From assembly GCA_051294905.1 (NCBI GenBank), contig CM119381.1, forward strand, positions 16,740,001-16,804,000: a stretch of DNA of 64,000 nt. The letters are read 5' to 3'. Within the stretch, counting starts at the first letter, position 1. Every line of letters starts with the position of its first letter. The position numbers were made by a program, and so were the translations under genes. The notes beneath the pieces were generated by a model that saw nothing but the letters and a program-made list of their open reading frames with translations, was not told the origin of the DNA and searched no databases. Source of the DNA: Botryllus schlosseri (lineage: Eukaryota). This document shows, piece by piece, positions 14,197-26,100 of this stretch.

Positions 14197-17100
14197 TCAT
14201 CCCTCGCTCTCGTAGGCGAAAGCCGCTAATCTCGCCGACGGGTCCGCGGCCTGGGACTCGGACTTCTTGGATTTCGCGGCCGGGAAGTTTTCCGCTTCCT
14301 CGCCGTTCTCCTCGTCCTGCAGCTTGCGTTTCGCGCCGCCCGCGGGCGCGGTTTTAGCGCGCGCGTTCCACGCCTACGCAAAACAAAAGCCGCGTCAATG
14401 TCGTCGATATCGAAATATCACGACACATTCGTGATTAGTCGCGTGATAGATTTAAAGAAGATTTAATCGATCATGTGCTGCTGCCATAGTAACACTGTTA
14501 CCATCCTTGACTTTGTTATCTAGAATCCGAATTCTTATGCTTCTGACGTGACACGTGATCACACGGCTGTTGATTTACAAAGTACTCCTGAATTCTCTGC
14601 TAGTTGCCGACGATTACCTCCGAAAATATTAGAGTATACTTCGATATGAATGTATCATTCAATTCGTAAATTACTATTACTTCGAGACAATGTACCGTAT
14701 ACTTGTTTGATACGGGCGCGATCAGACTAGTTGACACCTTAGGGTCGTTTCGGTCATTCCTATTCGATACCGGATGCCGTACTTCCGGTTGTTTTTGTGT
14801 ATCATTACCGTTGCCTGTTTGGTCTCTGTTGGCAGTAGAAGTAGACGCTACACGTCGTAAACTTCTACTCGAGTTCATGTAGAATTAGCGATTTCAAAGT
14901 AAGTTTAAAAGCAGAGTAGGCGAAACCCACTCCAGTACTTCGAAAAGGTAGAAGTTATCCACGTTACTGATGGCCATCTCTGTTTATTTGTTATGTGCTT
15001 GTGTATTAAGTTGGATGAAAATACAAGTCTCTCTCTCTATCTCTCTCAGGACGGAACGCAGGGATTAAACACCGCGCAAAGTCATTAACCTCTGCCTGTA
15101 TCAAAAGAGAGCGATAAACACCAACGATAAACTAAGGCGAGGCCGTGTACACTATGTACTCGTACGTGTACGATCATCGAGAGCTCACTTCACCTCCGTA
15201 AAACAATCGCGCCGTGCCGCATTAGAACATAACTAGTCACGGTTATCGGGCGCTCGCATCTTTTTAATGTAACGCCGAACGTGATTAGCGCGATAAACCA
15301 ATTTCAATCGCGCAACGCGCGGCCCCGGCCTTTGATGCGCCGCCTACAAACGAGCGCCCGCCGCCCGGGAAAAGGCCGCGGATTAGGGCGGCAGCGCGAG
15401 ATAGCCGAATATCACCGCCGACTAATCGCATTAACTCCGGTATTACTGGGGCGGCCGTGCGTTCGATGCGTTGCGATGGAGGTATCCGTTACTAGGCTGG
15501 ATGCGCAGCGCGAAAAAAATCGGTTTGTTCGGGATAAAAGCGCGGCGAGCGATGAGTGTTGGCGTGCTAGCATGGGTGGGCGAGCCTCGCTCCATCACGA
15601 CCCCCAGACATTTACGACCATCGCAATATATAGAGATTGAGTTTACAAACCGATCCATTACCGGCTTTTGTGGAAAACGTCATATCGCGTATGACGTAAC
15701 CTTGCCCCTGACGTGGTCAGTAACGAAGCAGTTCTACTTTTTCGTAACAATCAATAAGATTTTGCCTATTTTCATTACTTACTCAAGTGTATTTCTCGAC
15801 TGCTCCCGCTTCTACTCAAAACAACTTTTGACGCAAAACTATTTACTTATGGATATTGCAAATTTCAGAATTTCAGATCTGTGATATGTTTGCATTACCC
15901 TTACACGTGATATTGCCATAAGAACAGCGAGAAATAACCACGAATCGTCGTAATTGAAGCGATTTTCGAACATTGCACGTATTCGCGGTGTAGTTCGTTA
16001 TTTTTCGTTAGTCGCGGAGATTGGAAGCTCCTCCGTACACAACGCGACCCGGGAAAATGCAAGACGCGCAAAGCTCAGGTATCAGTTTGGAATTGCGTGC
16101 TGTTTACGACGTAACAAGCAGAGCCAAAGCCGTGGACGAAATAGCTATTCTGATATCGACGCGGATTAAATCGGGCACTTTCGCGCGACGCGCAGCGATA
16201 CGTGAATGCATTTACGCTGACGTCATATCGCAATTTCAGTTCGCGCTATTTCACTAGTTGATGCCGTTTGGATCCACTATAGTTGACCGAATCGAGAAGC
16301 AATTGCAGCAAATCTAGGCAATAAAGGTAATAACGAGCCGGTGAGATAGACAACCTCAACCGTATAGACAGTTACGCCGTGGGTTAATTTGTAATAATAA
16401 ACACGCCGTGAAAAACTCGGACGAAGGTCGGCTGAGCATGAGCAATGAGCATATATGAAAAAGGCACATCGTTTTAACACAACGGAAACAGATTACAAAT
16501 TTTGCAAGCAGCATTCAAACATGCTTCGACATGAGTTCGCCACGCCGGCTTGACCAAATTTTACGTGCATGACGCACAACGGGACGATACACACAAATCT
16601 TTCTAATCGAAGCCCTGGTTTTCCAGTGTAAACGCTACAAGAGAACCGCATAATGTGAAACGAGCCAAGCTTGCTGAACAGCCATTTGCTATTCTCACGC
16701 TCATAAGAATGAACTATATTTAGACCAGGGCCGGCCAACCCGTGGCCCGCGAGAAGGTTTTGAGTGGCTCGCGAGGTAATTTCCGAAATTTCTAATATCA
16801 AAAATGGATTGCACAGATTGTGAACTTGCAAGACCAACCAAAAATTTGATTAGTTTGGCCGCAACACTTGAGATGTGATGACTAAAATATCAGTTCCGAC
16901 GCATTGACAGATCCATCAGCCAGTCACATATTGGTATATCTTCATACACTACAATAAAGCAGAATAATTTGCGATAGATTTATCAAAAGTAAAAAATTTT
17001 CTACAAGCTTAGCGCAACATGTTGTCACTCGATTCCTTGTTTTTAATATTGTTGCCCTTTTTGTGAAAATGGAAGAACGCCTTATGTATCAGATTGAGTC

Positions 17101-20100
17101 TAACTATATTCGCGATTACGGGACAAAGTGTCATTCAACATATGCGACCTTGCGTTTGCGCTCGCAGTAAGATCGTTGACTATGAAACCTAGGCACGGAA
17201 AGATTGACGCATGTTGGTCGCAGCTTTCGATATCGATATGTCCATGCGCCGAATAGCCCAGTCCTCGCAAACTTAGCCCAGCGATATACGGCAGGCCCGC
17301 AATATAGTCAAGTGACAATATTATTGACCTATGAACTTCAAAAAATTTTCGCGCTTCGCGCGGCAGGTGGCCCGCGCAATATTTCGTCAATCGAATGTGG
17401 CCCTTTGGCTGAAAAGGTTGGCCAGCCCTGATTTAGACGGTAACGGAACTTGATTCAATGTACCAAGTTTTCGCGAATTCAGCCATTCTAATTATAATCT
17501 AATTTGGAAATGACAGTGTTGCGATAATTCTACTCTAGTCTGGAAAAAACTTTGTAGCGGCAATTCTAGTTCTAATTTAATTTGGAAAAGATGGAAATTT
17601 TATAGAATTGAACAAGCCTGGGTATGACGTGATTTCCAGTAATTGAATAACGGTATTAGTTTACTATGACATCACCGAACAACGATGTTAATTATAACTT
17701 TACTGCTTAACGCTTCTCAAGTTGGTACCGGCCGTTTGACAGAAAAACAGCACTAGAGCAATCCCGCCTATCAAATCCGGTGGCTTTCCGAGTAAAATTA
17801 GAAATTGTTAAGAAATAAGAAATAGTTTATTCAAATCCGTCGGATTCCTATATCTCATACTTAATTGTTAAGCGTGATCACGAATACGAAACTCGCGACA
17901 AATATAAACCAACAATAGACGGTATCAAGTTACGGCACAGTCTTGCGTTGACTGTAATGGAATCGGTAGAGAATGTCTGTTTCAAACGTCACATGTTGTT
18001 ATCGTCCGTAGGACCTTCTACAGTCCAATTGCCTTTTCGAAATAATTGAAATAGAACAGCTTCTTTTAGCTTTTTTAACTATTAACGAGTTGAATGCCGT
18101 TACGGTCACGTTGGATACCCTTTCTCTGATTGCAACATAAGTTAAACCCGTATGAGTCGTGGACACTGCAATATTGAAATAGTCAATTTTGCTTCCTTCC
18201 CACTAGGACAGGGGTTCATGGGGTTCGTCGGACTACTCTAAAGGGGTTCATAGAAGGCCAATGTTCAAATTACAACTATAAAACTCCTTTGTCCATATTT
18301 ATAAGATCTGCTACGGGGGCCGAGAGAAAGTGACGACCTTTTATGACAGTTTTTCAGTCATCAGTTAGTTTTTTGGCGCCAATCAAGCGGTGACAAATGA
18401 TGATCCGTTTTTAGTCGTCAGTTTCCCAAATTTTTAGGGGGTCCGCGGCAAATAGGAGGTAAGAATCCCTGCACTAGGACAACAAATCAGGATAGCATTT
18501 AACGATGTATATTATGCGTTGTTCACGCAACCACATGAATATAGAATTAATCATATGTATCTAGATACAAAGGATTCAAGGACTTGGCTGATACTTTGGC
18601 GGAAGGATGAAAAGGTAGGGGAGGCAGTCGAAAATTTTGTCAACACTGGGGTGATGTCAACGATGAATCGCGATGTAACGAAGCTGATGTCCCATACGTA
18701 CGCAAAAAAGATACCTCGTCTCTTCATCTCGTAAGAATCTCACCTGCCGTTCATCAGGAGTCAATTTCTTGAAGTTGGATATCGCTAATTTCCGCACTTC
18801 CATGCCGTCGAGATCTGGATTTTCATCGGCCAGGCCCTCCCGCGTTTCGGAGACGTAGAGCATGACGCCGCTTGAAAACTCATTCCTGCGCGAAACCGCG
18901 GTTAGTACGTCGTAAAGTTGCGCGGTATGGTGGCGTCACCCAGAATCGGACAATTATATAATTCTAGTAAGAGCGAAATTTCGGTAATCTAATTCTCGCA
19001 ATCTGTTAGATATTTCTATGTTTCTAATTTTTGTTCTAATCCAATTTCTGGTTTTCCTGAAAATTCTACAGGAAAACTATATAGTCCGAAATGAGCCAAG
19101 CATGGTGTTCAGACATATGCCATTCTTATGCTTATGATTTGATATGGGCCGAACTTACTTTTTGTTGAATTTCTTATACGGAATTTAATTCTATTTCCAA
19201 GTATTTGCGAATTCAGCGATACTATAGTTCTAATCTAATTCGTAAAAGCTAAAAATTATATAATGGTTAAACTCCAGCGTCACCTGATGTCTTTTAAAAC
19301 CTGCTGGTTGACGGAGGGCGGATCTTCAACAGTGGTCGCTTTGCCTTTCGGGGTGGAAGTCAGTCGAAACTTTGATTTGCTTCCGAGCAAAGTCTGAAAT
19401 CGATGCGCGTGTTTACAGTAACAGCAATTTCAGGATTGAGCTTGAGAGTGGAGGGCACAAAAGCAAAAGTAACGCCGTAAATATCCGCACAATTACAAGA
19501 AGCAGCGATTTCCAAGATATGTTGAAACTAATTTGAGCTGATGTAGAAAATGGAAGGTATGAAAAGCACTCAAGTGAGTACCTTCGAAAAGTAGGTTTGG
19601 TGGAGCGGTCGCATACTTTTAGCAGTTCATCGGAGATGGCTACTTTCAAAATTGCGAGATACATGCACGCAACTAACGTGAAATGATTAATGACAATCTT
19701 TAAAATTTAAAGTGAAAAAATAATTAGTAAGGAAAGCCACAAGTCGTCTGGATTTCCAAAGTATTTCGCTTGGCTACAGTGCTCGCTGCTGTCCTGCTGA
19801 ATCGGTAATTTGTCAGCTGTATGGAATGCACCACACACGAGCAATGATCATGCCATCTAAACACGAGATTCTAAATTTTTACAGCGGGACAAAGGAACTA
19901 AGCAAGCAGCGCTTTTAGACACAGTACATTCAAACGTCGACCTCTTTCAGAAAGATGAACTAAAATTATAAAACACTGCAGAAACGCAAACTGCGCTTGC
20001 ATCACAGGGAAGAGCAATTTTGAAGCAAGCTCGCCTTCAAATATGAAGGATGGATCAAGCTGTCTGTGGCGTGTGCACCATGCCGACATCCTATCTCATT

Positions 20101-23100
20101 ACGACTGTACAATTTCGGATGCGAGAACGCCACACATTTGCAGCAGTCGAATCCAGTCACTGAGTATTCATATCACACTTTACGAGAGAATCATGGAAGC
20201 ATTTCGGCCGACTGACCTGTTGCTTTTTACCGTCTTTTGGACGCGGTTTCTTCGATACCGAGTGCGACTTCGGAATAACGCCTCTCTGCTTCGGCACCGC
20301 CGATTTTCTAGGTATGCTGTCGAGCACGCTGGTGACCTTTGACCCAGAGGCAGAATCACTTTTAGCGCTTCCTGGTGACGATGACGTTGTCGCGGCTGAG
20401 GTACTGGGTTTGACCGCCTGCGCGAGATGAAATGACAAGGTGAAATGAATGAAACTAAATGAACGAAATTGCACAAGATTTCACGCACTTTGAACGGATT
20501 TCTGGTCGTCGCCGTACCCAGCGAAGGTTTTCTCGGTAGATCGGGCAGATCTGCAAAAAAATCAAGCCGGGGTTGCAATTTTTTCGACGTCACCACTCTT
20601 AACCAAGTTGCTTTAATTTTAGACTACTGCCACTTCTAGTTGACAGTCTTTGGCGCAAAAGTATTTAGCTTATAAAGTTGGACTATTAATTTGAACGCGA
20701 ATGACTGAGTCAAATGTCCGTGCCCACAATGTGTTTTCACCAGAGGTGGTCAGTGAGGAACTACTTCTACCTGTTTAGAGTACCCAAGTAGATTTTGCGT
20801 ACTCGCACTACGTACTTGAGTGGTTATGAGTCCAGACTGCTTGTAGTTCGGTTTTTTAGGCAACACTAGGCCTAAGGTACTTACTTTTTTACTTTTCTTG
20901 GATATCGTCGAGTAAAAATTTATATTACTTCTATTTGAGTACTAACGATGACGGCTTTAAGCACCTACGATGGACTGCAATGGCAGCCTTATGTTTGTTA
21001 ATTTAGGACGCACATTTTCATAGATTCACACGATGTCGGCATAGTTAAAGGTTGACTGTTAACGATTTCGCTTTGTGAGGTAAAAATTGCGGCGAAATTA
21101 GGTAGCGTGAATCAGACATGGGGTGATTACTTCATGAATGTAATCGATTGCGATTACGATTACTTCGGAATCACGCGATTACGATTACGATTACAGCAAA
21201 ATCAGGAAGTAGTCGATTACGATTACGATTACATTAGAAAAGTAATCACGATTACTCACGATTACATTTGTTTTGCTTCTTAAATGATATATTGGTAGAC
21301 AATACAAGGATTGCGATGAAAAAGCCTAATGAGATATCAACTCTCTTCATACATCATGCGTCATTTGCTTATTACGTCATAATATACCAATTGATGCCCA
21401 ACTTTATAGTGGATGATTTATTGCACCCAACGATTTGCATTATTGCCAGGTCTTTACCTGCCGCATCCCAAATTCCTTAATAGGGTGGGGAGCGTGCTCG
21501 AAGGGGACTCAAACGTTTTTCGTAAACCAACATAAATTATAAAGTATTTTCGAGAATTTAATTAATTTTTGAAAATGTTCTTCGAGCTTTGCGATTCAAA
21601 TGTCTCTTGTACAGGGGTCACCAACGCGGACCAAATGAGTCGCCCGCGGTCGCTGTAGCAAATATCCAAATAAGAGATTTGAAAGTTGAAGCTGATTTCA
21701 TATGAGCAGCAGTTGAACATGGGTCGGCCGACCCCAAGGAACATACGATCGCAGTCACTCGGGGCATTGCTTGTCTTCGCCCACGCGGCGGCTCAACGGG
21801 AATCTATAGTTAATATTCCCGAGTCTCGGCGCGGAGATTGGCGCTTCGGCGCGCACTGCAGCAACGCAACTGAACCCGCAGGAGCTGGTGTGAGTCCCGG
21901 CGAGTGAGATTTTTTGTTCTTGGTAAGGGGCGGAAACCCGGCCCAGTGCTCTGATTGTCTTACTCTAAGTGAAGAAATCTAACTGAACCCGGATAAACGG
22001 CAGGACTAAGTGGTAACCCATCGGTCGTCGCAATAATCAGTAGGCCTACACACTACACAATAAGTAGCTTTTCGTTTCAAAACGGTTGGTGACCCCTGCT
22101 CCAGTAGATAGCTGGGTTTGAAATGCATACCTCTTCCCCTCAAGAAAAACATGCATGGGCTATTTTATGGGAACAGGCATTTCGGATCCGGTTATTACCG
22201 CGCCACGATCCCACAACACACCAAAAGACATATGCGGTTTTGGCCAACACGCAACTCCACGGGATGTGATACCAAAGAAATACCATGGCCGAAACTTAGG
22301 GTATTCGTCCATTGGCAATAGTCGCGCGGGGTGGGCGTGACTTATAACTCCTGTCCTTCCAATCTGGGCCCAAAATGCAAATGCCACCCGGCGCACCCAC
22401 AAAGGAATAAAGTCATGACAATTTTTGTGTGCGTCTCACGAGAGATATTCTTTTAGTCTGCTACGTTTGGGCGAGTACAATATCTTTTGATTATACAACA
22501 GACTGGAGGTCGCGAATTAGCAACATACAATAAAGTAATTATAACAACATACCAGATGCTATGATTATGAATTACGTGCCTCAGCTCTACGCAGGTAAAT
22601 CTGACACTCGGGGCTGAGAGAGGTTATAAATGAATATTAATATAATGCAATTACCAATATTATTGACGAAATTCAGTTTTGAAAATTGACCAACGGTTGG
22701 ACAGGGGGACGAATTGCTGTTGTGGCTGAATTGGCTGAATTGCTGATTCTAGCTAAAACCCACGCTAACATGTCAAGCTATTTAAGCGGATGGTTATGGC
22801 GGCAGGTCCAAATGCTGAGTAATGAACTGTGAAATAACGATTTACGCCCGTTTCAAGTAGTTATATGAGAATAAGATATAGTGAACATAAAAATTCTGCC
22901 TTCAACTTAATACATATACAGCGAGCTGCCATTACGAGAAACGGCTAATCACGGCTCGGTTATGATATATATCAGCAGCTGTTTATTTGTAATGCTTCGT
23001 TGTGGAAACTGCAATGTTTTATTCGACGAGTACAAAATTCCGAATCTTCGTCAGGTGCACGTGCGTACGTAGGCCTCCTGCTCGCCAAGCAACGGTACAC

Positions 23101-26100
23101 TGCGTTTAACTAAGCACAACCAAACATCAATATATAAGTTACTATTTGAAACTATAGGCAGAGTGGTGATCAATATCCTGCTGCGAGGTAGGGGCTTCTC
23201 TAGTGTATTGATAACCTGATATACACCACGGGGGTTGTTCTTACAATCACATTACAATGTCCATCGCATGTCTGTTTACTATGTGTGGATACTTCTTACG
23301 CAATGAGAGAGAGAGAGAGATACGATATTCTTTCTCGCCTGCACTATCGAGATGGTTTGGCGACGGAGTTGCGATACGGCCCCATGAGGTCATCTAGTCT
23401 GCGCCCCCGTTTTTTTTTCTCCTCCATGCTATCCGTGATTGCTGAGCGCCGAGCAGGATAACTGCGAATACCAATTTTCGAGTCTTTGGTATGACCCGGC
23501 CGGGGATCGAACCCACGACCTACCGCTCGAGAAGCCGGACGCATACCCATTACACTATCTCGCTCGGCGAGCGGAGCTAATACTTCTGACGTAATAATGA
23601 GTCAGTGGCGTTTGAAAACAGACGTTTGTGCTACCGCTAGCCTGGTATATTATCTCATTCTTGTTCACGAATATTCAGTTTATGTCATAGTCCTTGTACA
23701 AACAAAAAGTAATCGTTCTTTCACAAAAAAAATCGATTAAATATGGGAAGTAGTCGATTACGATTACGATTACTTCAAAATGCTGTAATCGTCGTAATCG
23801 ATTACGATTACTAATCGCGATTACCCCATGTCTGGCGTGAATGAGTGGTTCGCAACCGTGCGTACCACGGCCGCATTTTTTCCGGTAACATGACGAATTT
23901 AACGAAATCTGTCCTCTAAAGGTACGAGGCTGAATATTCCTACAAAAGGTTAAAACTTTGAGGAAATAGCGAAGAGCTCATCGGCAGTGAGCATTCCAGT
24001 AACACGACGAGAAGGAAATACAAATGAAGCAGCACGAGTAGAAACCAACCCTAGTAATCAGATCAAGTTTGGGTGGAGAATGCCGAGAAACGCAAATACT
24101 GAATGCGCCAACAGTCAGAAGCGAGTGAGAAGTGTGGAATAATTTGAAAAACGGTGCTACGGCCCGCGAAAAATTCTCACCGTCTGCATCGGTTGCTTGG
24201 GTTGACGTGCTCGAGACCGCATTCGCATCTTGCTGCTGAGTGCTTGCAGTTGCTTTTTTGTGGTCGGCCCATTCTGTGCTTGTGTGGCTGTAGCTGTCAC
24301 ATACCAAACTCGGTGTGACTTGGGGGGTGTGCAGCGTGCAGCACGTAGATAAATCTCATGGCTTGTGCCATGGATATTGAACGGTATATGGCCATGGCCA
24401 GTGAACTGGGTTTCTAATCTATCGTCTTACGTTCTTCTAATTTGGACCTGACACCTTCGAGCGGACTGACAGAAAGGCATAAAAACACTGAAGTGCACAA
24501 ATGCAGGCTTGGAGTGCAATTGCTTTTGACAAAATTTGTTCAACAACCTGAAAACATTTTGGGCATATGAAACGAATTTCCTTCAGCTATCTACGAATAG
24601 TAAGTGCAGTACGACACGGAACTTCACTGGGTTATTCACACCACGTGCGCTCCTCAAACTGGACACACACACCCCTGGGTTACGTTATGATGAAATACGT
24701 CCCAGTCTTTTCCATTGAGAATGAAAAACATGGGCAGGAGAGGGGAAAAATACGGAATTGGAAGCCGTCCCAGAGCACAAAATGCATTCTACACACTTAT
24801 CGCAACTCACCCCGCTTGAATTTTTTGTCTGAAGTCGTCGACGTCCTGGTCTTCTTCCTCGCCGTCGTCGCTGTCGATTTGTTGCTGTGACCTTTGCATT
24901 TTCATAACGGCCAGCATTTCTTCTTGCGTTTTCTCCTGCGCGATCTGCGAGAAAGGCGTCAAATTTATTCACAACGTAAACAATAGCGACTAAATCACAC
25001 TTCGTTGTGTCAGGTCGTCAGAGATTGGTACGACCAATCTACACTGACCAAGCACATTCTTTAATTTCCTCGTAGAGAGTTTTACCGATACTCTGCAGTT
25101 TCCATGCCTCATGTTTTTATCACATAATTACACCATCAGGTTACATACATTGACGCATAAAAGTAATTCCAGTTCAAACATATACCATACTGACAGAAAG
25201 ATTATCGTAAAATATCACTGCCACTACCTTATTTTCTGGTGCTCATGTAGCAACATAAAATATGAAATGTAGACAACAAATCACATCAGCAGTGGTTCCC
25301 AAAGTAATCCCCCTGGGGGCGTTTGTGATCTGGGGGGCGCTGAGAGTAAACGTGGGCGCTATGGACTATCGACTATGGGTAACCGTTTGACAGAATCCTT
25401 AAATTAATAGCTCTCTCTGTGCAGTAAAATCCAATTTATGAATATGTGGTCATGTCGTTCGCGGCACTCATTGAGCATAAGTTATGAGCACGCATTCAAG
25501 CGCATTTACAACAGGGGCAGTGAGGCTCTTACGCGCGTCTAGCACCAAATTGCAGTTCGATGATGTGGAAGAGAAATTGCCCTGTACGATAGTTTTCACT
25601 GATTGTGTCTGTCCTAGAAGTCGTACAAAATTGTGTTGCCGAACTTGCGTACATAACGAATGCCGTGCAGCCAATGAATTAGATCAACACATCAAGTCCA
25701 TGCGACAGGCAAAAAGGTTTAGGAAACCTTGATTGTCATGAACATAGCGGAGGATTTTGCCGATAACCGCCACTGTTAGTCCCATCTTCTCCGATGATTT
25801 CGGAGACTATTGCAGATAGTTTTACTCTTCGTTAAAGCATGCCTATTTGTAATTGACTAGAAAATTATGGCATTACTTCTACTTGATCTCAAGTGCCTTC
25901 CATGAGCACTTTGAAAACGTAAAAAGCAACTAATTTGAGGCATCAATAGTGATCTAAAAACTTCAGTTTAAGAGTAAGTGGTGCGAGTAGAGAAAACCCA
26001 TTCGAGTACTTTGACGACCTCTCCGCACCCGATAGCAGCTGCCAACATTCCTTATTAGATCAGTTCGTAACACACAATTACTTTGACCAAAACCGAAATA

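Larger units (their letters stand above)
21113..23834. mobile_element. 2.7-kb non-autonomous hAT element with (CGATTA)n subterminal arrays and nested insertions
   Basis: TIRs cagacatggggt / accccatgtctg; perfect 8-bp TSD gcgtgaat (21105-21112 and 23835-23842); GATTAC repeats at both ends. Confidence 0.88.

Noticed and set aside
21119-21270. CRISPR-like or telomeric array (GATTAC repeats)
   Set aside because: These are hexamer subterminal repeats of a hAT element (mirrored at 23745-23830), with no unique spacers, in a eukaryotic context.
22120-22430. Gypsy integrase remnant inside the 2.7-kb hAT element
   Set aside because: Only vague similarity, with no clear DDE motifs.
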